Positions 1 through 9,978 of a stretch of DNA of 64,000 bases are shown here, in pieces. The notes below the pieces were generated by a model that saw only the letters and a program-made list of their open reading frames with translations, was not told the DNA's origin and searched no databases. The DNA comes from Peribolospora baueri (taxonomy: Eukaryota): contig JAMDHS010000009.1 of the NCBI GenBank assembly GCA_029717555.1, positions 186,001 through 250,000 on the forward strand, in the 5' to 3' direction. A program made the position numbers and the translations under genes. Position 1 is the stretch's first letter, and the number at the start of each line of letters is the position of its first letter.

Positions 1-1726
1 TCCTTCCAAACACTCACGCACCACCACATCATCGGAGGCAGTGTGTTGTTGTTGTCCTCTTCCCCGTCGGTCGCGGGCGTGGAAGCACCACGGCCGGCGA
101 CAAACCCGGACCGACGAGGCTGGGGCCGCGACCGCGACGACGGCTGGGGCTCAGGGGCGTCAAAGTCGAGCTTGACGTCGACGCGAAAACCGGGAGCGTG
201 GACTCGCGGGGCGATGGCCGAGTCCTGGCCGTACGCCTCCGCCGTCGTCGTCGCTACGGTGCTGGTGGGCGTCGAACCGGCGCGGGAATCTGCGCTCTGC
301 TGCCGCTCCCGCTCGGGTTGTTGCGTCTCCGCCGCCGCCGCCGACGCCGACGCCGACGTCGCTGATGCGAGACAGAAAAAGTAACGATCGGGTGAGGAGG
401 AAGGAGTGGTCGCGGAGCGAGGGGAAGGAAGAAAACTGGGGCGCCAGGAGGGCGGTGGTTGATGGTGGTCATCGGGCAGCTGCTGGACGGGGCCAAAGAC
501 GTGCCAGTTCCAGAGAGCCTTCCAAGCGAACGCCGTAGCCATTCCTCCGAACGGACCGCCGGCACCGACGCACTCCTGCCTGCCCAAGATGACCGCCGGA
601 CCCTCCTGCGTCCTTCCTTCGAGCTTGAGGAGGAGCGCAACGCGTCGGGCGAGGTCGACCTGGTCCACCTCCTTGAGACCTTGGAAGAGGGCGCCGATGT
701 GGACGGCGGTGCAGCGCGAGATGAGCTTGGTCAGCTCGGAGCCCGTCGGTGGGGCGGGAACGGTGTACGGGGGTTCGGTGAGGGCCGAGGAGAGAAAGGC
801 GGGGTCCATGAGCGAGCCCCAACGGACGTCAACGTCGTCAAGAGAGAGGCCGACGGAGTTGAAGAACTCTTGAGCCGCTCGGGCGCTGACTGGAAGAGGC
901 GGGCGAAAGAAGGGAATGGAGTCAGTGTAGCCTTTGGCAGGGACAAGAGACGTATGTTTGGGAAGAGGAGACGGGCAGATAGAAACCTTCATCAGCAAAG
1001 ACCATGGCGATTCTCTTGGCGGACCAACCGTCGTCGACAAGCTTCCAGGCGCTGATTCCAATCATGGGGTCGAGGTCGACGAAGAAGGCCATCCCCTCTT
1101 CGTCCTCGTCCTCGTCCTCGTCGTCCTTTTTGTTGGAGCGGCCGCGCCATTGCTTGGGCATCTGGTCGAGCAAGAGATCGTATGCAAAATGCCGGTGGAG
1201 AGGCATCGTGACCTTGGCCGTGCGGTCTGTGGGGGGGCAGAAAAGAGTAAGGGTGGCGGACAGGATATGCGGGTTGGTGAGGATGATGGAAAGCAGGAAA
1301 GGCGAAGACGGGTCTGAAAAGCGGCATCACAAGCGGTCCCTCTCGCCAACGGACCCTTCTTGTAGCCCGCTCTCTTGGAAAGAGAGAAAGGAAGAAGAAA
1401 GAAGGAAGAAGGCAGGCTAGGCCGGCGTCGTCTCTCGCTCGTCTCGCTCGGCGGGTTCTTTGCGATCGGGGAGATTCTTCGAGATCGTGCGACATCGTCC
1501 AGGAGACAAAGCGAAGCGACGGCGCGGTGTGGAGAAAGGAGGAACAAAAAAAAAACGCACCGTCTCCAAACCAGACGTCGGGCTCGTCGAGCCGGGCGTA
1601 CGCTTTTGCGGCGGAGGCGTCGAGGGCGCGCGCGAGCTCGAGCTCGTCGAGGCGGGTGAGGCGCTTGAGGAAGTCGTGGGCGCGGTCGGATAGGAGGAAG
1701 CGAGCTGTCGGAGGGGTCATGGCCAT
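1..1726 (-). CDS. Divergent AusD-like (class I SAM) methyltransferase-family protein; 3' end runs off the window
   Basis: Spliced model: exon 1726-1561 (MAMTPPTARFLLSDRAHDFLKRLTRLDELELARAL...), exon from 1226 (DRTAKVTMPLHRHFAY...FFVDLDPMIGISAWKLVDDGW), and a long exon from ~890 open to base 1 (AQEFFNSVGLSLDDVDVRWGSLMDPAFL...VHIGALFQGLKEVDQVDLARRVALLL...VILGRQ...WKALW...MMWWCVSVWK). Motif order matches fungal AusD-like methyltransferases as I recall them. Confidence 0.6.
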
Positions 1727-1965
1727 GGCGAGCGCGCTTCCTTGCGCTCGCGCCTCGTGACGTCGCTGCGGGTGGATAGGAAAGAGTAGAAGCAGGGGGA
1801 AAGAAAAGAGAGAGGGTGAGGGTGGCGAGGAGAGGAGAAGGAGAAGGAGAAGGAGAAGAAGAAGGAGGAGGAGGAGGAGCTGGAGGGTGAGCGACGAGCG
1901 ATGGGAATCGGCGGCGGGCGGACTGTCGATCGTGGGCGGCCATCGACTGGAAACCCAATCCAACG

Positions 1966-2025
1966 TATCCTATCCTGTTCTATCCTATCTTATCCTATCT
2001 TGTTCCATCCTGCTTTGTCCTATCC
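1966..2025. repeat. Degenerate 5-bp tandem repeat (TATCC/TATCT/TGTTC)
   Basis: tatcc tatcc tgttc tatcc tatct tatcc tatct tgttc catcc... directly visible upstream of the methyltransferase-like gene. Confidence 0.75.
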
Positions 2026-2503
2026 GCTCCCACTCAGTTGCCGTCCTGTCCGATCCAGCCGACCGACGACGACGGGCGGAGCTTCTGTGCGCATCTCGTA
2101 TCTCCCACCCTCCCTCGTGCCATCGACGCACTCGCCGGGGGGGGGGCTTGAGCGCACCCGTACCTCTTCTCGGGGCGTACAAGAGGCACGCAGGCGAGGG
2201 ACCGGGCTGCTTCGACGCTGAGAGGGGCAAAACACACGCGGCGGTCACCCTGTGATGGTCAGGCTAGACAAACAAAGGCGTGAGGGACGCATGGCCTTCT
2301 GAGGGACGGCGGGCGAGAAGGGGAGAGAAGCGTCTCAAGAGCCGAGGTGGAAGCGACGAGGGTGAGTGAGGATCATGTCGTTGGCGAGGACGTTGGCATC
2401 TCGTCGACCCACTGAACCATGCCGCACACATAGAAACGGAAAGAAGGAAGAAGGAAGGACGACGTCGTCGGGCGACTTCATTTCGAGCATCCCAGCCAGG
2501 GCC

Positions 2504-2596
2504 GACTCGACTCGACTCGACTCGACTCAGACTCAGACTCAGACTCGCAGTCAGACTCGCAGTCAGACACGCACTCACAGACTCACACTCACACTC
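2504..2596. repeat. Compound microsatellite (GACTC)n/(AGACTC)n/(ACACTC)n
   Basis: gactc x4-5, then agactc and acactc units. Other short repeats nearby include (cccacg)n ~2770-2800 and (ggagac)n ~2934-2957. Confidence 0.8.
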
Positions 2597-4818
2597 GAAC
2601 CTCGCCCTCGGCCGAATCGAATCGACTCCCACCCGTCCTCACCGCCGCTCCATGTGCCCTCGGCCTCCGCACGGCCTCGGCTCAGCTCAGCCCAGCTCGG
2701 CCTCGGTCCGGGTCCGGGCGGTCGGGCTGGGCGCACGTCGCACGTAAAAGCTGGAGTTGACTACCGCCTCCCACGCCCACGCCCACGCCCACGCCCACGC
2801 AGCGGCAGCGGCACCCGGCACCGCACGCGTACCGACTCGAGAAAGGGCATTATGGCCGCTCTCGTAGAGCTCTGAGCCTAATCCATCGGTCGACCCCTTT
2901 TCTCCCCCCGGCCAAACCGATGGCGGCGAAGACGGAGACGGAGACGGAGACGGAGACGAATGGAATCTGTCCGAAGAGAGCGAGGCATCCGTCCGTCCGT
3001 CGCTGGGGTGGAGCGGCCTACCTACGGGTGGAGGGCAGAGTTCAAGCGGGGTGTCAAGTCAGCTCAAAACGGGCGGCCGGTCGAATGGCCGAAGACAAAG
3101 AAAAAGGAAAAGAAAAGCGGGGCGCCGCACAGCAAACTCAACTCGACTCAACGCGCAAAACCTACTGCTTCCTTCCGACCATGCACGAGCCGAGTTCAAC
3201 TCGAGCAACAAGCTCGACGGCGGCGAGGGCGAGGGAAAAGGAAAGGAAGGGCGAAGCGCCGACCGCCAGAAGAGAAGGACAGCGTGCCCGGCGTACGAGA
3301 CGACGGACACATCACACTCCCACCCATCCCCTGCCTGCCTCTTCACGTCTCCTTCCCCCCGCTTCGCACTCTCCAACCACACGTCCTCCGACATCCTCCA
3401 TTCCATCCCTAGTCCGCACGCACGCACCACATCACATCGACTCGACTGCGGCAACCCCATCCCACACCATCACGTGACAATCCAATTTTGTACACGCCCG
3501 TAAAAAAAGGTACGAAGGGAAGTGGGAAGAACGGAACGCCCGACTCGAGTTGGGCAAGAATGAATCCAATACGCATACGGTGCCAGCACGCGATTGGATT
3601 TAGGGAACGACTTGTTGGAGAAGCAAGGGAAGAAGACTAGCTATGATGAAGGACGTGGACCTGAACGGAGCGGAGCTGCTGATCTGATCTGAGGTGAGGG
3701 TCGTAGGAACCGAACCGGACGGACGGACGGACGGGACGAGACGGGGATACGACAGGGAGGGAGAGGAGCGGAGGAGGGCCGCAGTAGTGGTAGAGCGGGA
3801 GCGAGGCGAGGCGAGGCGAGGCGAATGGGGGGAGAGAAGGATGGGTGGACGGCATCGCTCGACGCTCGACGGTCGTGCTTGGTTACTACCCTACCACGCG
3901 TCCCGTCCGAGTCGGACCAGGCCAGACCAGGCCAGCTCGCTGACCGTTCCATAGGTCACCATTCTGGGTTATGTATGCGATCGAAAGAGACGGGGGCATG
4001 CGAACGAACGACAAATGAACAGGGGTTTGTGCCGAACCGAAAAGGAGCGCGACGACGGCCCCGAATGACCCGCGTAAACCGACGACGTCAGAGCGGGAAG
4101 CGTCATGGCGCCCCGCCGGGAGGGGGGGGGGGGATGTGTAATTGCGGCTCGCTGGCTGGCTGGTGGTGTATGGAGCCAGCGCCATAGGGGAATCGGGAAT
4201 GGGGGGTACGAACGAACGGAGAGGGGAGGCATCATCAACAACGAACAAACAAGTCAGTCCGACCTAGCCGCGCGGAGAAAGGCATTTTGTGCCTGCCTCT
4301 TTCGAACGGGTGCGGATCGCCGACGAAAGGAAATTTTGCGTGGGGAACGGTAAAAATAAAAAGCAAAAAGCAAAACAGGAAAAAAAAAGCCGAGAGGGAA
4401 GGAAAAAAAAAAAGAAAGAAGAAACACGCGATGACCCAGAAGGAGAAGGCGCAAAGGCGGGTTGCGACTAGGTTGCGAGATTAGGGACCCGACCAGCTCT
4501 TCAAAAGAGGGACCGAAAGCAAAGAGAAGGGAAAAAGAAAGACAAGACAAGGCATGCCGCGCTGGTCGGTCGGTATGTGAAGTATCGTGCGCGGGGTGAT
4601 CGGGGTTTGCGAGAGAGAACAAGGGAAGGTCGGGAATGGGAGACGGGCTGGGCTGGGCTGGGCTGGGCTCAGAGGCGAGATATCGGTGCGGGGTAGGTCT
4701 GTCTTGTCAAGGTACGGCTGTGAGCGTGGGTGGTCGTGCGTCGGCCTCAGCGCCGACTCGTTCGATCGTTCCGCTTTGCGGACCATATGCACCGGCCCCG
4801 GCTCGGCTGGCGTCACGT

Positions 4819-6785
4819 TCAACCGTACCGAGGCGTCGGGTCAAAGGCGAGCTGCTCGAGGATCCGGCTGACCTCGTTGATCGAGTCAGGCATGCCGCTC
4901 GGCGCCATCGTCGAAGACTGGCCCAGGTAGCTCCGCCCGTGGCCGTAAGAGATGCTCGGGTTCGCCGACACGTGACCTCCCACGAAGCCAGGGCCACCGC
5001 CCGCCGCGGTGGCGCTCGGGTAGCCGCCGCCGCCGGCGGTCGAGGCGAGACCGATGGCCGAGTTGTTGGACGCCGCGGCGGCGGCTTGCTGAGACGAGAG
5101 TGCGCCGATGTCGAGGCTGTGCGCGCGGTTGGAGAACGACCGCGGCTTGCGGAGTGCCGACAGTTTCTCTTCGTTGTAAGCCTCGGTACGGTGGCGGTAC
5201 AAGCCGTGGTCGTCGACGGCACGCAAAGGCGGGGCGGGCTGTAACGGATAGCCAGACTAGACGACGGAAGGCGACATTAAGCACGAGTTCCGCTCGCTCG
5301 CGCGCGCGAAAAGAAATACCGTCTTCTCTGCCCGAAACTCACCCAGATATCCGTGAATCCGGGAGGCTTGGCAGGGGAAGAAGAAGAGGCGTCGGACGCC
5401 TTGGGCGGTAAAAAGTGGGAGTGAAGCGGGGAAGCGGCCGAGCTGGTGTAGGTGTACGAGGGCGAATCAAAGAGGGCCTTGATGTCGGGCGTCGAGTTGG
5501 CCGCTCGGAGCTTGCGGTCCATGAACCTGCTCGTCTCGGGCATCGTGTCGCCGGCCTCGGCGGCGACGGTGGAGAGGAGCTTGGAGTTGAAGTGCGGGAA
5601 CGCGTGGGCGAACGAGTCGGCGCGCGACCTGTCTGAGGAAGGAAAAACGGCAACGTTGCGACTGACGAGAAAGTCCTCGAGGAGGTCCTTGGTCGTCGCC
5701 AAAAAGTCGGTGTTGCTCCTGTTGAGCCTGAACCGGAAGACGGCCTCGCCGTGTTGGGGCTGTCGAACGAGAGGGATGACGACGATCTGGAGCTCGCGCT
5801 TGATGCGCTCTGTCAGCGCGACAAAGTCGTTGGCCAAAACCAGTTGGGCCAGGTCGGCGGAATAAGGCGTCCGGTACTCGGCCTCGAACGGCACGTGGTC
5901 GAGGAGCATTTGGGCGGCCATGTGGACCTGACTCTCGGGACCAAAGATGGTGACGACGTCCGAGGCGGTCTCCTTGTTGGGGAAGCGGACGATCGAGTTG
6001 GTCTTGGCCTCGATGTCGTGGATGAAGATGCTCTTCTCGCCAAGCAAGGTGCGGTGGTACCGCCTCGGGATCGACACCGTCTCCACCATGTAGTCCTTGT
6101 CCTTTGGGTTCACCAGCTCCATCACGCTCTGCTTCAGATTCTCCAGGTTGACCGCGTTCTTGGCCGGCGTGCGCGCGATCACGTTGTCCTCGTTGTCCAT
6201 GTACCCGCCGAGCGCGGCAAACTCTTCGGCGTTGGAAAACTTGACGTACACGCCGTACTTCTTCATGATCCGCTGAATGTTCTTGCCTCCCACGCCGATG
6301 ATGCGCTTGTGGTACGCCTCGGGCACGTGGAACGACACCTCGGCGGGGAGCTCCTCCTGCAACATGGTCAAGCCTTGGAGCGCGCCAACGTCGCTGCCCG
6401 CAACGTCGATCAAGAAATTGTAGTCGTTAAACGTCTCAAACTTGATCTTGACGTTGGCCGACTTCATAATCTTGTTGATCTTGCCGTTCTTCTTGCCGCT
6501 GATAAAGTCGCGGTGCTCGTTGGCGAGCTCGATCTGGAACCGGATCTCATGGTGGAAGGCCTTGACGACGTCGAGCTCGAGGACCATCTGGACGGCCATG
6601 CGCACCTCGCTCTCCAGTCCGTGCATCTCGAAGCAGTTGTGCTTGTACACCACTTCGGCGCCCGAGACGCTCGACATGCGCTTGACGAGCGAGGCCATCT
6701 GGGCAGGGTTGAGCGAGGCGGAGGACATGAAGACGTCGAACGAGACGGGCAGGAGCCAGAAGGAGGCGACGTAGAATTGGCAAGC
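4819..6785 (-). CDS. Multi-KH-domain RNA-binding protein, fungal Mug60/YLL032C-type (possibly Khd4-like); only the C-terminal part is present
   Basis: Exon 6785-5343 reads ACQFYVASFWLLP...FEMHGLESEVR...ELANEHRDFISGKKNGKINKIMK...VPEAYHKRIIGVGGKNIQRIMKKY...IPRRYHRTLLGEK (KH GxxG loops). A GT-AG intron spans 5342-5239. The last exon 5238-4819 reads ...LRKPRSFSNRAHSLDI...RYG*. Confidence 0.9.
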
Positions 6786-6788
6786 CTG

Positions 6789-6830
<42 letters not shown>

Positions 6831-6870
6831 AAAAAAAAAGAAAAAGAAAAAGAAAAAGAAAAAGAAAAAG
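6789..6870 (-). repeat. T40 homopolymer plus (TTTTTC)n polypyrimidine tract immediately before the KH-gene splice acceptor
   Basis: 40 A at 6789-6828 followed by (GAAAAA)n on the + strand, abutting CTG (minus-strand CAG acceptor) at 6786-6788. Confidence 0.9.
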
Positions 6871-8525
6871 AGACGGGGAGAATGAGAGAGAAGAAGAGGG
6901 CGGGTTGAAAAGAAGAAGCGGGCGGACCAGCCGCCAGGGAGAGAAGCAAGAGAAGGGAAACTGGAAAGAGGAGACGGCGGTGTGAAGGAAGGAAGGAGGC
7001 GGGAGGAGAGACGGAGGAGGGAGCGAGAGGTTCGCTCCGAGGAGAAGGGGGGGTACGACGAGAAGAGGGACGTCAGGATCGTTCCACCGCCGCCCGGCTT
7101 TCTCTCGCTTTTGAGTTACCGGCGGGTGGAAGGGCTGGGGCGACGTTGGCGTCAACTGCTTGCTTGGGCGACGAGACGAGGAGGAGGCGTAGCAGCTAGC
7201 GGAGGCAAGCAAGGCAAGAAAAAGGTGAGAGATTGCGGGGAGGGTCGATTTCGTTTGCTCATTGCTCGTTCGCTCGTTCGCTGGCGGCGGCCGTCGCTGC
7301 TACTGCTGCTACTGCTACTACGTCCGTCCGTCCGTCTTGTGTGGACGCCAAAGGATGGATGGACGTAGTGGGCGCGGGCAAGCTGGCGACCGATGCACGC
7401 ACGTCGCCTCGTCTTCGTCTCGGCCTCGTCCATGGGTACCGACGCTGAGACCTGTCTGTTTATCGCGCCCATCCTTGGCTTTCCTCTCATGCACGTACGC
7501 TCGGCGACCGCGTGTTGTGGGAGAAGCGAAATCGTTGACTACTGACCGATGGCTTCGGTGGCAGCACCGGGATGGAAAAAAAAAGAGTGCTAGGACGTCT
7601 AGCCGAAGGAGGCGAACGAAGGAACAAGCGTCGGTCGCCTCAGCCTCGCAGACACGGACACGGACACGGACGAAGCTTGGCTCGCGCCGCAACACGCCCA
7701 CGTTTGGCGTCCTGCCTGGGGCCGCCGACCGCCGACCGGTGTCGGCGATGATCGATGGATGGAATGGATGACTGCTGGGGGAACGAAGGGGCAGCTAGCA
7801 GGACCGAGCGTGGAGCTCGGGGGCAAATGGAAATGCTCCGGCGACGTACGCACTTTGCACTCTCTCGGCGGTCCGTCGCTCCGGACGCCCGGGCTGGACA
7901 GAGAGACGGACGGGACGGCTTGAGGACCGTTGCAGAGCAAGGAATCACACTCATTCCGATCGATGATTCGGACCCTGTCATCGCCGCAGGCGTCTTGCGT
8001 ACGTATGTAACTAGTGCCTGCCGACACTCAAACTCGAACAGGTAGGCAGGCTACCGCGGATCGACGGGGGGATAGATGGGCAAGTGGAAGTGGGGGGAGG
8101 CGATGCACGCAGGCGCCCACACTCCTGCTCCCGTGGCAGGAAGCGGGAAAGGGGGGTTCGAGCCGATCCGAGACAAGTCGAGTCGACTCGCGAAGAGAAG
8201 AGAAAAGACGACAGGACGAGAGAGAGGAAGGAAAGACGGCTGGGAAGAAAGTGAGCGAAGATGGCGAGGATTTCACGGCCCATCGCACGCCCGAGGCGGC
8301 TCCCGCTCCCGTCTGATCGTGCACTGGCAGACCCGTCCATATCCTGGATACCAGATACCAGATACTACTACTACTATGAGCACGATCAGCTCCAGCTGCA
8401 GCCGCATGGGAGCGTCGGCCGAGGGCAGCCCCTACGCCTCCCTGTAGCTAGCTAGCTGGCTACTGTGCGCGCCGGCAGTCCCGACAGGGAGTACGGGACG
8501 ACGAACGAGGTGAAGCGAAGGCGAG

Positions 8526-8580
8526 GACGACGACGACGACGATGATGATGATGACAACGATGGTAACAACGACGACGACG

Positions 8581-8623
<43 letters not shown>

Positions 8624-8643
8624 CCACAACAACAACAACAACG
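8526..8643. repeat. Compound trinucleotide microsatellite (GAC)/(GAT)/(CAA)~20
   Basis: Directly visible. It produces the spurious poly-T, poly-V and poly-L ORFs in the track. Confidence 0.9.
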
Positions 8644-9978
8644 GCCTGTTGTCCTTGTAATTGTTTACCCGCCAGCTGCGGCGCCATGCGGGCGACGCCC
8701 ACTGCACTGCGCCCAGCGCTAGGCATCAGCTATGGCTATGGCTATTGCTATGGCTAGTTTGCGCCCACCCAGCGACGAAGCAGCCGGATAGCGCACACAT
8801 AGACGTCCTAGGGACACCTCGCCTATCTCCTCGCATCGGGCGACGACACGACGTCCGTCGTCCTATATAGAGCAAGAACGAGCGTGCGGGCGTTTCCGAC
8901 GACGGCGACGATTTGGTTTCGCATTTCGATTCCGCCACCACCGATCCTTATGAAATTCGGTTCTCACACCCATAGCTCCCTCCCTCGCTCGTCGGCCGCC
9001 GCCGCCGCCTCCACCGCCGCGAATGAGCGGGACGGATGCGCCACGCGATGACGCCGACGCCGACGCCATCGTCGTATCGTCGTCTTCCTCCTCCTCCTCC
9101 TCCCTCCGCAACCCGTCAACGCCCGGCAGCGACCCAGGGCAGGGCAGGGCAGGACTAGTGTCGCCGCGACGGGACGGAGACCACGTCTCTACACCGAGTC
9201 GACTAATGCTTGCTGCTTCTTCGGAGTGCCCGCATATGCCATTCAGCCAACAAAACGTGTTGTCGAGACGGACGGACGTGTCTGCACGGCTGATGACGAG
9301 CCCACGCTGAGCGGGCCAGTACAGACAGGCAGACATGTGATCGTGGGGGCGACGCGACCAACTAGACTGGCCGCGGCACGGCAGCTGGCAAGCCATACAC
9401 TGTCTGTCCACCTCGATCATGAGCAAACCGTCTGCTACTGACCGTTCCGCTCATCGCATGCTGACCGAAAGCCTGCTTGTCGGCAATTGCAAGCCGGTCT
9501 GGTCTGTCTTGTCTGTGCGGTGCGAGCCAGCTCAGCTCACGTCGACCTTCTCCCTACAGAACGCCACCGCTGCGCAGCGCAGCCGACGATGGAGTGAGCG
9601 GCCCATGCGTTGCGTTCGATCGATCGATCAACGTGGCCGACGAAGAGAAAGAGCCAGCGAGCGCAGCGCCTCGTCAGCCGAGCTTTATGTTATGCAGGCA
9701 GCGAGCCTGTCTGTCTGTCTGTCTGTCTCCGAGCGCTTCTTGCCAGCACGAGCGCAGTGCAAGGGTAGGATAGGGTAGATGGAGAGTAGTGGTTTCCGAA
9801 TGAGTCGCGCCGAGCTACCTCACGTTCCGTCCGTCGAGACGCGTCCACCCCAGATCGCCCCAGGAAGATGGGTCACCGGATCCTGGCAGAACACGCAAAG
9901 TTCTACGACTACCTTGTCCTCGCTCGTCTTTGAGAGAGGAGAGAGAGGAGAGAGAGGAAGCCCATTCCACCGTCTCTT

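Noticed and set aside
459..1055. 198-aa plus-strand ORF
   Set aside because: Antisense to the methyltransferase-like exon; no recognisable motifs.
5751..6908. 385-aa plus-strand ORF ending in poly-Lys
   Set aside because: Antisense shadow of the GC-rich KH coding exon; the poly-Lys comes from the A40 tract.
8432..8757. Poly-L, poly-V and poly-T ORFs
   Set aside because: Translations of the (CAA)n microsatellite.
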